A stretch of 63,144 nucleotides of DNA, filler included, from Chiloscyllium plagiosum (lineage: Eukaryota), in the NCBI RefSeq assembly GCF_004010195.1. It is 4 parts of one record of this genome, joined end to end, with 100 filler letters (N's around TTAATTAATTAA, not from the genome) between each part and the next. Parts side by side here need not be neighbours in the genome. Positions count along the whole stretch, not along the records: positions 19,919 to 42,026 come from NC_057712.1; positions 42,127 to 60,655 come from NC_057712.1; 2 more parts are not named here. One strand, 5' to 3'. A program made the translations under genes and the position numbers. Positions 37,505-50,980 of this stretch are shown here, piece by piece (position 1 is the first letter of the stretch; every line of letters starts with the position of its first letter). Below the pieces are notes generated by a model. That model was not told where the DNA came from and made no database searches. It saw only the letters and a program-made list of their open reading frames with translations.

Positions 37505-39600
37505 TAGAACATAGAACAGTACAGCACAGAACAGGCCCTTCAGCCCTCGATGTTGTGCCGACCATTGATCCTCATGTAAGGTCAACCTAATGTACGAACT
37601 CTCAAATTTCTGTGACCATATGCAAGTCCAGCAGTCTCTTAAATATCCCCAATGACCTCGCTTCCACAACTGCTGCTGGCAACGCATTCCATGCTCTCTC
37701 AACTCTCTGCGTAAAGAACCCGCCTCTGACATCCCCTCTATAATTTCCGCCAAACAGCTTAAAACTATGACCCCTCGTGTTAACAATTTCTGCCCTGGGA
37801 AAAAGTCTCTGGCTATCAACTCTATCTATGCCTCTCATTATCTTGTACACCTCAATTAGGTCCCCTCTCTTCCTTTTTTCGAATGAAAAAAGTCCGAGCT
37901 CAGTCAACCTCTCTTCGTAAGACAGGTCGGCGCAACATCGAGGGCCGAAGGGCCTGTACGCGCTGTAATGTTCTATGTTCTGTAAGCCCTCCATTCCAGG
38001 CAGCATCCTGGTATACCTCCTCTGAACGCTCTCCAAAGCATCCACATCTTTCCTATAATAGGGCGACCAGAACTGGGCACAGTATTCCAAGTGCAGTCTA
38101 ACCAAGGTTTTATAGAGCTGCAACAAGATCTCGCGGCTCTTAAACTCAATCCTCCTGTTAATGAAAGTCAAAACACCATATGCTTTCTTAACAACCCTGT
38201 CCACTTGGGTGGCAATTTTAAGGGATCTATGTACCTGCACACCAAGATCCCGCTGTTCCTCCACACTGCCAAGAATGCTGTCTTTAATCCTGTACTCAAC
38301 TTTCAAGTTCGACCTTCCAAAATGCATCACTTCGCATTTATCCAGGTTGAACTCCATCTGCCACCTCTCAGCCCATCTCTGCATCCTGTCAATGTCACGC
38401 TGCAGTCTACAACTGTCCTCTGTACTGTCAACGACACCTCCAACCTTTGTGTCGTCTGCAAACTTGCTAACCCATCCTTCAATCTTCTCATCCAAGTCAT
38501 TAATAAAAATTACAAAGAGTAGAGGCCCAAGAACAGAGCCCTGTGGAACACCACTCACCACTGACTTCCAGGCAGAATACTTTCCTTCCACAACCACTCG
38601 CTGTCTTCTGTCGACCAGCCAATTCTGTATCTAGACAGCTAAATTTCCATGTATCCCATTCCTCCTGACCTTCTGAATGAGCCTACCATGGGGAACCTTA
38701 TCAAATGCCTTGCTGAAGTCCATATATACCACATCCACTTCTCGACCCTCATCAACTTGTCTAGTAACATCCTTAAAGAACTCAATAAGATTTGTGAGGC
38801 ATGACCTGCTCCTCACAAAGCCGTGCTGACTGCATTTAATCAAGCCATGCTCTTCCAGACGGTCATAAATCCTATGCCTCAGAATCCTTTCTAACACCTT
38901 GCAGATGACAGACGTGAGACTGACTGGTCTGTAATTGCCGGGGATTTCCCTATTTCCTTTCTTGAAGAGAGGAATTACATTTGCCTCCCTCCAGTCCTTA
39001 GGTACGATTCTGGTGGAGAGCGAGGATGCAAAGATCTTCGCAAGCGGCGAAGCAATCACATTTCTCACTTCCCAAAGCAGCCGAGGACAAATCTGGTCTG
39101 GCCCTAGCAACTTGTTAATCTTAATGTTTGTCAAAATTTTCAGCACGTTAGCTTCCTCAATCTTTATTCGTTCCAGCCTGCTTACCTGCTCCTCAATGGT
39201 TTCATTCACTACAAGGTCCTTTTCTTTAGTAAAGACAGAAGCAAAAAACTCATTTAGGGCTTCCCCTACCTCCTCAGACTCTATACACAAGTTCCCTATG
39301 CTATCCCTGATCAGCCCTACCCATTCTTTGATCATTCTCTTATTCCTCACATACGTGTAAAATGCCTTTGGATTCTCCATAATCCTTCCAGCCAAGCCTT
39401 TTTCGTGCCCCCTCCTGGCTCTCCTCAGACCATTTTTGAGCTCCTTCCTCACCTGCCTGTAATCCACTAGAGCTGAGCAAGACCCTTGCTTCCTCCACCT
39501 GATGTAAGCTGCCTTCTTCCTTTTGACGAGTAGCTCCCCTGCTCTCGTCATCCAAGGTTCCTTTATCTTACCCCTTCTTGCCTGTCTCAGAGGAACACAT
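37505..39600 (-). mobile_element. Young 5'-truncated CR1 LINE, nearly intact ORF2 (RT)
   Basis: ORFs 38631..39551 and 37602..38597 are in one frame separated by a single stop; [53 protein letters not shown]-repeat tail; inserted inside a PLE-type end (37435-37504 resumes ~39604). Confidence 0.95.
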
Positions 39601-39603
39601 TTA

Positions 39604-40095
39604 TGTTTTGAATCGACTTAACTCAGAGCTGACGTGGTGTGGAAGGGGCAGCATTTATGCAATGGTGTGGTGGAGTGGAGCCCTTGATTGGTTGGGGGGG
39701 GGGGGGGGGGTGGCAGGAGGGGGAGGTGGGCAAGGCTGCTGATAGTGCAGGTTAAATGATTGTTACGTGAGAAAGACACACCACTGTTCTGTAAAACTGC
39801 CAGATTGGAAAGAGACAGTCCCACTGGGATTGGGGAAGGAAAGAGAGGGTGACAGAAAATGCAACAAGCAAAGCTAAAAGAAGGGGAAGGGAAGGGGTGG
39901 GAGTTGGTTCACAGTCTGAAGGTGTTGAACTCTGTATTAAACCGGAAGGTTGAAAAGTGCCGAGCCTGAAGATGAGATGTTGCTTCTACAGTTTGTGCTG
40001 TGATTCATAGGAACATTGCAGCATGCCAAAGACTGACTAGCAGATATATAAGCAGGGTGCTGTTTTAAAACAGCTACAGGAAAGTTGGGTCATGC
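39604..40095 (-). mobile_element. Degraded Penelope-like 3' region
   Basis: GTTGAACTC...GAAGGTTG...GATGAGATGTTGCTTC similar to 20520-20600. Confidence 0.6.
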
Positions 40096-41329
40096 TTGCA
40101 CACTGACTGGAGGTGCTCCACACACTACCCCTCCCTGAAGTGCCACAGCATTCAATGCTGGGACTCTGCCTTATTAACTCTGTGCCAGAATTCCTCAAGC
40201 AACCAATGTTTACAGATGTAATCACTATTGGATCCACTAGCTCTCATCATGCAGTTACAACACATCACCTGTCCTTGCTTTTCCAAATTATTTAATTAGC
40301 TAAAGTATGTATTTTTCAAACTCCTACTTGACTGTAAAATATTTCTTTAATTTACTTTCAATCTGAAAGTAAATTAAGAATAGATATTCAAATTAAATGT
40401 TACGTACTGGCCCATGAATTTTCAGCTTTTCTTGTGATGTCACTGTTTCTGATCCTGGGAGTCTCCTCCCCTGCTTGCTCTTCTTTCCCCTTTATGCCCC
40501 AAATTCCCAAAGGCCTTACTTGGATATTAAAGAGCAGAAGTACTCACCAATGAGAGAAAAGGAAGGACTGATAATTTCCTCCATCTTTCACCTAACTCCA
40601 GTTACAATTTAATGCAACAAGGTAGCACAGAAGGAGCCCTCCTATTGTGGTCCTAATTCAGAGTTTCTGAAGCTGGATTAAACCGTGGTCTAGTTAACTA
40701 GCTTCAGCTAAGGACCTGTAAGTGACTGTTTGTAAGCTTCATTTAAACTGCACCCAATCAAATGAGTAACTTTTAGTTAATTGCTACATTTAAAGAACAG
40801 ACTAAATCTTAGATTGAAATTAGCCCTTAAAATTATTCCCTAAAATGTGTCCCTTGAGTCTCCCTGTTGCAACAATCTCCACTTATAGTGTAATGCAACA
40901 AGCCAGCACTCCTGTGCAGACCTGGTTAGGGCATTACCTTGGCAAATAAACCTGCAAATGGCTGTCAACTATTTTGTTGAGTTGAAACAAGCATATACAT
41001 GTTTTTTTTTCTCTGCAAAGAACACTCCCTATATTTGTATATGTAATTTCCAGCACTTGAGCAAATATACAAGACTAAGAGCCCAAATGACAATCCTAAA
41101 TTGATTGTCAGCATAATTCTTTGCACTTTTCAGATGACCCATCAAATATTATTCAATTGCAGAATCTTTGAGCCTGATATTGGCAAAAAACTACCTGTGT
41201 TGCTACTCCGTAGTTTGCAGTATGAGATAGCTAGCTTCACCTGTTGCTGAAGCCTTTGAGAACATGACCTTTGAGAGTAATCTGAGGTGACAGGGCACTA
41301 TGTGTGACCAAGTGTGACTGCTTTCGGTC

Positions 41330-42026
41330 AGAGTCATAGAGATGTACATCATGGAAACAGACCATGCTGACCAGATATCCTAATCTAGTCCCATTTGCCA
41401 GCACTTGGCCCATATCCCTTTAAAGCCTTCCTATTCACATACCCATCCAGATGCCTTTTAAATGTTGCAATTTTAGCTGCCTCCACCATTTCCTCTGGCA
41501 GCTCATACCATACATGCACTATCCTTTGCGTGAAAACATTGCCCCTTAGGTCCCTTTATATCTTTCCTCTCTCACCCTAAACCTATGCCCTCTAGTTCTG
41601 GACTCTTCCACCCCAGGGAAAAGACTTTGCCTATTTACCCTATCCATACCCCTCATAATTTTGTAAACCTCTAGAAGGTCTTCCCTCAGCCTCAGATGCT
41701 CCAGGGAAAACAGCCCCAGCCTGTTCAGCCTCTCCCTATAGCTCAATTCCTTCAACCCTGGCAACATCCTTGTTAATCTTTTCTGGACCCTTTTTAAGTT
41801 TCACAACATATTTCCGATAGGAAGGAGACCAGAATTGCACACAATATTCCAACAGTGGCCTAACCAATGTCCTGTACAGCCGCAACATGACCTCCCAACT
41901 CCTGTACTCAATACTCTGACCAATAAAAGAAAGCATACCAAACGCCACCTTCACTATCCTATCTACCTGCGACTCCACTTTCAAGGAGCTATGAACCTGC
42001 ACTCCAAGGTCTCTTTGTTCAGCAAC
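41330..42026 (-). mobile_element. CR1/HER1 LINE 3' portion
   Basis: LYRTLVRPLLEYCVQFWSPSY; MLPGLKELSYRERLNRLGLFSLE. Confidence 0.9.
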
Positions 42027-42126
42027 NNNNNNNNNNNNNNNNNNNNNNNNNNNNNNNNNNNNNNNNNNNNTTAATTAATTAANNNNNNNNNNNNNNNNNN
42101 NNNNNNNNNNNNNNNNNNNNNNNNNN
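42027..42126. other. Assembly spacer (44 N + TTAATTAATTAA + 44 N)
   Basis: Same construct as 19819-19918. Confidence 0.97.
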
Positions 42127-42172
42127 ACATCTGTCCTATACCTACCTCCCCTTAATTTAAAGCTATGCCCCC

Positions 42173-43010
42173 TTTGGGCACAGGTAGCTGCAGAACTGGG
42201 CAGAAAGGTGGCAAATGGCGTTCAATGTAGCTAAGTGTGAGGTGATTCACTTTGGTAAGAGTAATAAAAAGATGGGGTACTGGGCTAACGGTCGGATACT
42301 TGGTAGTGTGGATGAGCATAGGGATCTTGGTGTCCATGTACACAAATCATTGTAAGTTGCCACCCAGGTAAATAGTGCGGTGAAGAAGGTATATGGCGTA
42401 CTGGCTTTTATTGGTAGAGGAATTGAGTTCCGGAGTACTGAGGTCATGTTGCAGTTGTATAAGACTCTGGTGCGGCCGCATCTGGAGTATTGTGTGCAAT
42501 TTTGGTCGCCATACTATAGGTAGGATGTGGAGGCACTGGAATGGGTGCAGAGGAGGTTTACCAGGTTGTTGCCTGGTATGGTAGGAAGGTCGTATGAGGA
42601 AAGGCTGAGGCACTTGGGTTGTTTTCATTGGAGAAAAGAAGGTTTAGGGGTGACTTGATAGAGGTGTACAAGATGATTAGGCGTATAGATAGGGTTGATT
42701 ATGAGAACCTTTTTCCACATATGGAGTCAGCTATTATGAGTGGGCATAGCTTTAAATTAAGGGGTGGTAGGTATAGGACAGATGTTGGGGGTAGGTTCTT
42801 TACTCAGCGAGTCGTGAGTTCATGGAATGCCCTGGCAGTAGCAGTGGTGGACTCTCCCTCTTTATGGGCATTTAAGCGGGCATTGGATAGGCATATGGAG
42901 GATAGTGGGCTAATGTAGGTTAGGTGGGCTTGGATCGACGCAACATCGAGGGCCAAAGGGCCTGTACTGCGCTGTATTCTTCTATGTTCTGTGTTCTATG
43001 TTCTATGTTC
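42173..43010 (+). mobile_element. CR1 LINE 3' portion (TTCTATG-tail subfamily)
   Basis: FSLEKRRFRGDLIEVYKMIR...FFTQRVVSSWNAL; (TTCTATG)n tail; near-identical to 60290-60655. Confidence 0.9.
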
Positions 43011-45229
43011 TATTATCCAAATTCCCTGTGATAACTTCTTTAATAATAATTTCTAACATCTATCCTATAACAGATGTTAAGCCAACTGGCCTGTAGTTTC
43101 CTGCTATCTGATTCCCTCCCTTTTTGTATATTTGAGTTACAAATTAATTCTTTGACCAAGTGTGGTGTCAAGGAGCTCTGGCAAATTTGAGTCAATGGGA
43201 ATTGTGGAGAACTCTCTGATGTTCTGAATCATATCTGACACATAGGAAGATGGTTGTGGTACCTCGAGATCTGTCATTGCAGCCCCAGAACATCCTTGCA
43301 GAGGTTCTGCATGGTCATCTTTAACTTTTCCATCAATGACCTTCCCTCCAGAAAGGCAGGTTGGCTATCACCATGGAGATCCAAGTCTAATGCACATGAT
43401 CTTTGCTGGATATGCACATGGACCTACACTACATTACCATAGCTACCCAGTAAATTGAAAGAGGCATAAGGGATCTTAATCGAACCTAGTTGCCCCACCT
43501 TCTCAGAGAGACAACATGATGCTAACAGGTGCTTACAGAGAGGACAACCCACACACAGGCCCCTGAGTATCTTGCTGTCAGTGATGATCTGTAAGATACT
43601 CAGTTCCACGATTGATCAATTAACACACCTGTAAATGACTCTTTGTCTAACATACAAACATTCATTTATTGTATGTTACAGCGCTGTGTTGGGAGACTCT
43701 GATTCACCCAGACGTATGAAAACTTTTTGGCAATCAAAAGAATCCAACAACCTTACAGAGTTTGCATAAGGTTTATATACATTATTCATCACCAAACATG
43801 GAGCATGATCGCATAGTAACAGCCAATCAATACATGATATCACTTCATGGGTAGTTGCTTGAATCAATGATATTGATTAAGTCATAATGGTTGGTTTATG
43901 TCACCTTTAGAAAGACTTGAAGCTTGCAAAATGTGGTTTAGTATTTCCTCTACAAGGACTCGCAGCTTGCAAAGTGTGGTTAGTTTTTTTATATAGCTTT
44001 ACAGACTAGTTGCAGGTGGTCACGTAAGCGCAGGGAACCAAGTAGTCACATAGGAACTGTGAACCATTTTGTCTCTAACTGCAATTTAGAATTAACCATT
44101 ATTTCTGTTTTTTACCGGAATTACATCAGTCTGCAGTTTCTTGTTTCTTCTGGTTCTGTACAATCTAATTTAGCAACGCAGAAGCCATTTTATGCAGCTC
44201 CTTTATCCATTTTGTCCTACCTCCCATAGGCCCATATCCTCATCAGGGCACCCCGGAGGAGTCCAGCAAAGCCCCCCCCCCCCCCCCCCTCCCAACTCAT
44301 CACCCGAACGTCTGATGCCAAGCCTGCAGAGGTCCAAGCATGGAGAGTGAACCTGCATTTGGGCAGAATACTCTCAAGATGCCTGAACCCTCTCGGCCTA
44401 AATGCCTCTGTTGATAACCAGAGGTCAGCTCTTCCTTGTCAACAGGTGAACCAGAACAAGATCCCTCCATCCTAGCTGTGAACATTGGATGCAGTGAGAG
44501 GGAAAGGAAGACAAAATAAAATCGCACTGAGGGTCATAAGTGGCATAATTGTTAATAATGTGGTACTTTTGTAAATATATCTCCATTTGCACTCATAAAA
44601 TGTTTACTCTAGTCTCTTTATTGTCATTAGACCTGGTGAAGTTGCACCCATGTGAGACATCAGCATCCTCTTCAGACATCCCAAGGATTATAGAAGTTGC
44701 AATGGCCAAGCATTGCTCATCTCCCACCAGCAACGGACTCCATGACTGCAGATAATATCGGACATCACAGATATTTGAAGCACGGTGTTGTCGAGTGCAG
44801 CTGAGCCATGTACTTTAATGTGGATAATACTGAGCTACATGTAATGTCCAGTGATTGTGATGCATCATCCCATCTGGTGTGTGGGAGCACAAAATCTGGA
44901 ATGACTCAACAGATCTTTGGAGGCAAAGTTTAATTCTGTCTATTAGCTTTCTGAGGGAACGGAATGCAATTCAATGGTAACTCTTATGTCCAGTCTCCCT
45001 CATTGTGTTTCAACCTGCCACGGGAAGCTGCACAAAGTGTTGCCTCTCTCAGGTTTAAAGTTGTTCTTCACAATACTCAAGCATGTCATGGTATTGGCAT
45101 TGTAGCTGTTCATGTGAACTCTGAAACATTGAGGTCTAGTTGACAATTGAAGGGTTAACAGAAAATGCCTCAGGCTTGTTTCCAATCTGCTGCCTGTCAT
45201 AAGAGAATTCACTGCACAATACTGGGATA

Positions 45230-45450
45230 TCATCCAAAAACACAGCGTGCTGGTGAAGCTCAGCATATTCAGCAGCTTCTGGAGAGAAAAATAGAGTTAA
45301 CACTTTAAGTGCAGTCACACTTTGTCAAAATGGGACTCAAAACGTTAATTCTGTTTTTCACTCCATAGATTCTGCCAGATCTGCTGATTTTCTCCAGCAT
45401 TTTCTGCTTTAGTTTCAGCTCTCCAGTACCCATAGTTCTTTATTTTGTTT
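45230..45450. mobile_element. Fold-back element made of two inverted PLE-type 3' ends
   Basis: TGCTGGTGAAGCTCAGCA...TGGAGAGAAAAATAGAGTTAAC pairs with GTTAATTCTGTTTTTCACTCCA...TGCTGATTTTCTCCAGCA. Confidence 0.75.
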
Positions 45451-45956
45451 TACTTGGATATCAAATGCTAATTGAAGCCTGAAAAATAATCTAATCTTAC
45501 TGCCATGTGATGTTAATGCCCTGTCTGACTGCTGTTTTCTCCCTAATCATGAATAGTATCAGTGAAGTGTGGATAGTTGAAAGTGCAATTACCCAAAGAT
45601 ACCAGGCACACAATCAAATGGATAAGTAAACATTTATTCCGCCACAGAAAACTTCAAGGCAGTGAAAGTAACCAGCTCCACATGTAATTTGGACTGACCA
45701 TGGGCTGCTTGCAACAAAACCAATAGAAAGTTTCATTATAGAAAGAAGTCTAAATCCAGCTCAAAATCCTTCAATCAGGTTTAATTCTGTGTTTTTTTTC
45801 TCTCATGCTCTTTCAGGCTTACACGGTTATGTGTTTTTGGATATGTGCTGGAAAACAATACAAAGCTGACAGACGGGCAGCTACTAAATAAGAGCAAAGT
45901 GAGTGAGCTATAAGAAAGTAAGTGCAATAAAATGCATCATGTATGTGTGTTCCTAT

Positions 45957-46909
45957 TGTTACGACACGGAGACAGACAGTTGAAAAAAAATCAGCCATTC
46001 TCCCTCTGTATTTACAACACAGTAAAAGTAAACACTGAAGACCCCCCAATAATTACTCTAATAGTTCCTAACTAGATATTTGCATTTGTGAATAAGTTGT
46101 ATCTCAAACAAAAGTCTTAGCTATTTATTAAATATTCAATAGCTTTAGCAGGGAAAAGAATAAACAACAAGCTGAGCTGATTAATGTCTATGCTTTAAAC
46201 TCAAAACATTTGTTTTCAACCCTCATTCACACAATAGATGGACTGACAAACAAACGCAGTTAAGAGATAAATAAGAAAAAAAAAACTGGCCAGATTACTT
46301 AACTGGCTTTCACAGTGTGTTATTTCATGGGTATAAAGGTGGACTCCTTGGTTGTGTTCTCAGAAACGCCATTTGGGTCACCATCTCAGTTCATTCAGGC
46401 AAAGGCATTAATATTTATGACTTAACTTTCTAGTCTTTGGATTTCTGAAAGCTGGTGTAGCTGATTAGGCAGGAATCTTTGAAATCTCCATGGTGTCCCA
46501 TCAGCAGTGCAGCACATCTCCTCAGAAAACATAGTTCAAAAATATAATTTCACGTCTGGTTCCACCTTGCTAGATTGATTGTCTCTTTCCAAATCCTCAA
46601 TTACCATTCAACAACTGTCATCGGCTTGAACAAAGAGTCTCTTCCATACATGTCGGAACCAATTTCCAGGTATTAGCCTTGTTAGTAGCTTATTTCTGCT
46701 ATCTGTTGAAACACAATGCTCTTCCCAGAATCACTGGGTCTGTTTGAGCCCCTTTAATCAAAAATCAGATTCCAGTCCTGGCCCTCATGAACCAACAGAG
46801 CAAGTTTAGGTCTATTCTTTTACTTTTATCACAAACTGACTCAAAGTCGACAAATCATTTCCAGCATAGAATTCCCAGCACAAAAACTCTAAACCGAAAA
46901 TTCATAACA
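45957..46909 (-). mobile_element. Probable solo LTR
   Basis: TGTTACGA...TCATAACA termini (7/8 inverted match, TG..CA); minus-strand AATAAA at 46124-46129; no clear TSD (CTAT vs GAAT). Confidence 0.5.
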
Positions 46910-47649
46910 GAATAGAAATAAAAAAGGCATGAAAATTCAGTGAGGATTCTAACACTATTCACAAAATGACTTGGTAGGAGCATGCAAGACATAAGTGGCT
47001 GTGAAATCCAAAGTGAAGTCTTGGAGGACTGCAATGTTGTGAGTTGGCCTGAAAGCAGCCAGCAATATGTGATGACGTTGATGGTTTGGTGATGCCAAGT
47101 TGAGTGGGTAAAGGGATGAAGGGCATGGTGCCCACGGAGCATAAAAGTAAATTGGTGAAGAAAGTGGAGTTGGATGAAAGCCGGGAGAAGCAAGTGGCTG
47201 GCTGCTGCCACCAGATAAACACTTTCTACCTCAGTCATTGGTGCTTTCTAGTTTCTCAGAGAAGGAGGTGAGAAGAGGAAGCTGCATAGAAATGAAGAAA
47301 GATTAGCTGATAATGCGCTGCAAATACATAAAACTAAGGCGGCCCCCACTCAATCACAAGATTCAGAGCTCTCAGTTTCAAACTTAAGGGGGAAATTGGA
47401 ATATTTTCTAGACGTCAAGAATCTGGTCTTCCTATTTTTGTTAATTTTCTCAACATTCTCTCCAATGCCCATACTGTTCAGGCAACAGAAAATTCAATCC
47501 TGTGTTTTTAATTTTGGACAAAACCCCGACACTCCGGTGACACAACATCAATATGCGGTAGTGATATGTCCAAGGCAAACTGTATGTATTGTTTGTGGTC
47601 TTGCACTTTGCTCTTCAATTGCATGCAAGAGCCTCCCATTTTCAATCTG

Positions 47650-49217
47650 CAGTTGTCTATTTCACCCTCCTGATTTAGATTGCTCTAATCTTCATTCAAC
47701 TATCTCCATCATCAATTCCTCATGCCCGAGAATTGGACCAATCTTATATGTTGTTTTCAATTATTTTTCCTCCTCCAGCATCCTGCAGATTTCGTGATTG
47801 CTATTGTTCTCTCTCTAACATCCTTCTGATCCTACTCCAGAACCACTTTTCACAACTTTCTTGGCTTTGGATGTCTTCTTTCCTTAAGGTCCACATTTCA
47901 ACCCTGTATTACAAGACATCCCATATTGTCTTGTTGCCTTCTTTCCAAGTGCACAGAAATTCTATCTTCTGATTTTCTATCCTTCGGTCCTTTCAATAAC
48001 TTAAATATTTCACAGTCCAGAAGATTCATTTCTAAGTCATCCTAAGAAACCTCTGCTGCTTTTCTGGTTCCATTTCCAGTGGCTGATATCTTTGTCCTTC
48101 AGCAAACTCTTTCCATTATCCTTTACTACATCAGGTTCTATAGGCAGCACAACCTCCACTACCAATTCTTTGTACTTGCTTACATCTAATTACATCTTGT
48201 TTCTCTTCAACTGAATTTTTATTCTCAGGGGAACCAGATTATGGTCTGTGTTTCCATCTGCACCAGACTTGGTACATGAATTCTTCATGTCGCTTTGATA
48301 CTTCAGCTTGAGAAGGATGCCAGAAATCTTGGCCTCCTTATGTCCCTAGGTGACTTCCAAGCATGCAGTTTCCTGTGATTATTTTTAATGTAACCTTTAT
48401 CCTTTCAACTTTATTTCTTATTTTCCAATTTATACTATAAATCACTGTAAGGTAATGTAACTTTTAAAAAATTTCTTGATTTTATATCTAAGATTTGCAC
48501 CTTGGTTCCTTGTACCTAAGATAGTGCACTGAGGGTCGACATTGTAAATTTTTCACTGTACTCCTGTACTTGAGTACACATGACAGTAATCCTAATCCTA
48601 ATTCTAATTTGAATTCATCAAGTCAATTCCTTTATTTTACCATTGATAATGTCTATTCTTATATAGTATTTGCGTTTTTTCACTGCACTTGTTGCTCTCC
48701 CCACCACCTCTTTCTTTCCTGGCTCGTTCCTCTCTACAGTTAGTTTTCTATAGATTTATTTGCCTTTGTTTATGTTTTCCTCTTTCTTCTCTTATCCCTT
48801 TTCTTCAGCATTTCCTCTGAGGCCTAGGCTGTCTAATCCTTTAACTATTCCAATGTTTTCCTTGGCACTTCCTTGTATGATACATTTCACTCTATCCTGT
48901 TAATTTTGATTATCGCTTTTTGAACTAGTACTAACCTCTAATGTTTTCTCTACTGCTTTATGATACTTTACCCTTCAGAGTCCTGCATCTTCTCATTATC
49001 CTATTTCAGCTTTTGATTTTATTTCTTGTTTCTCTTCAGCTGAATTTTTATTCTCAGGGGAATCAGATTATGATCTGTGTTTCCAGCTGCACCAGGCTAA
49101 ACACATGAATTCTTCATGTTGTTTTGATATCTTGGCTTGACAAAGTTGCATTCAATTTGGGTCTGTTCAGTTCCCTAGGTATCTTCCAATTATGCTGTTT
49201 CCTGTGATTATTTTTAA
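47650..49217 (-). mobile_element. RTE-clade LINE relic with duplicated endonuclease segment
   Basis: Minus-strand VEMWTLRKEDIQSQESCEKWFWSRIRR (ETWTL..FEMW.RR motif) and AWKSP...GADGNTDHNLV; 48195-48388 and 49024-49217 are direct repeats. Confidence 0.7.
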
Positions 49218-49904
49218 ACTAGGTTTTGAGAGAGAACAGCTTCCATTTTCTAAATCATGGAGGGAAAAACACCATTAAACTAATAGTAATGCTTGGAAAT
49301 TAATGTACTGGTTGAACAGAAGATCCATTTTACTGAGTATAAGATGAGTCAAAACAACAAATTATTGGCTGGTTTTCCTGGTTTTTCCTGCTGGGACAGA
49401 ACTCAATGGACATCAAGCTTCTGTCATTTCCATCACCCAGTCTATGACTTCCAATCTCTTTCCATCTCTGCCCTTGCCAACTGCAGCAGTCCAATCTCTG
49501 ATGATCAGCAAGAAATTGTTTCCTTTTATCTTTTCTATCAGTTCTTCCAGTTTCTGGTACACTCACTCTTCACTTCTTTATCTGGGTTTTCTGATGTTAG
49601 CATTTATACTGCCATAATAACAACACCTACTGGATTAGCATGGAACACCAACTTCAGCAGTCTGACAGTGTGTTGATCAATTCTCATCACATATTTTGCC
49701 ATTTCATTTTTCAGCATCTTACTTTCACCTGTCAGAGAAGATTCAGGCTGTATCTTTTCTATTTCTTTCTTGTTGTTTTCCAGCTTCCTCCATCTCAACA
49801 TTATGCTCCCTTCCAAATTCCCAATCTCACCAACTTTCCATGATGATTGCATGATAATCTGGGAGGTGTTACTCTTTCCCCTGCTAGATGTGACAAATAA
49901 TGCA

Positions 49905-50110
49905 TTTCCAATTATAGAGTTAAAATTAATATAATATTATTGCTATTGAAAACCAAATGTAATCAAGCATTTAGTTTGTTTCCAATTACAGAAGTAAAAT
50001 TAATATTATGTTATTTATATTGAAATTTAAATGTAACCAAGCATTTGGTTTGTTTCCAATTACAGTTGAAATTAATATTATACTATTTCTATTGAAAACC
50101 AAATGTATCC
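49905..50110. repeat. AT-rich minisatellite, 74-bp unit x ~2.8
   Basis: Units start TTTCCAATTA at 49905, 49979 and 50053. Confidence 0.9.
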
Positions 50111-50469
50111 CAACATACATGTCAAGGGCTCTCAGGCTTCCCAAGGAACTGACTACATAGGAATTGCCCAGGATATTGCAACTTCCAATCAGCAAAGATC
50201 TGATGCCTGGAAATGTGTAAAGATTCCTGGTGAAGGGCTTTTGTCCAAAACATGGATTCTCCTGCCCCTCGGAAGCTGCCTGACCTTTTGTGCTTTTCCA
50301 GCACCACACTCTCGACTCTCATCTCCAGCATCCGCAGTCCTCACTCTCTTATACACTTGGGTCACGTCACCCCTCACCCTTTTCAACTCCAGTGGAAACA
50401 AGCCCCCTTGTTCAACCTATCTGCATAAGATTGTCTGCTCAATCCTGGCAAATCTCCTCTGAAGCACCT

Positions 50470-50980
50470 CCAAAATGACTTGGAGGAAGGAAAGCACAAT
50501 TCAAGAGGGTGGGTGGAATACTTCCCACTTGCCTAGATGACTGCAGCTGCAACAACACTCAAGAAACATGACACCAACCAAGATAAAGCAGGTTACTTGA
50601 CTGACAGCACGTTCAAAAATGTTCACTCCTTCTACAAGCGATCCTCAGTACTAGAATTAATTTACATGATCAACTGCAGAAATTTACCAAGGCTCCTTAG
50701 ATAACATATTTTAAATGTGTAACCACAACCATCCATAAAGATAAGGTCTACAAATACGTGGGAACACCACCACTTGCAAGTTCCAATCCAATCCATTCAT
50801 CTTCCTGACTTGGAAATATATCTATGTTGCTTCATTGTTGCTGGGTGAAAACCCTAGAAATCCCTTGCTAATAGCTTTACCTACACCAAACAAACCACAG
50901 CAGTTCAAGAAGGCAGCTCACCATCATCTTCTCAAGTGCAGCTAAGGACTGGTCCACATTCCATAACCGAATAAAATAAT
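50470..50980 (+). mobile_element. Old CR1/L2-group LINE 3' end
   Basis: GGAATACTTCCCACTTGCCTAGATGA...CAGTTCAAGAAGGCAGCTCACCATCATCTTCTCAAG; reverse-homologous to 18100-18590. Confidence 0.7.

Noticed and set aside
38091..39360. Plus-strand ORFs of 141-157 aa
   Set aside because: Antisense shadows of the CR1 ORF2
37602..39551. Functional or domesticated reverse transcriptase gene
   Set aside because: 5'-truncated (no endonuclease or start), internal stop at 38631, foreign insert; consistent with a recent dead-on-arrival copy
39693..39710. Poly-G here, poly-C at 44272-44289 and (CCCCAC)n at ~34096-34123 as G-quadruplex elements
   Set aside because: Simple-sequence expansions with no supporting context
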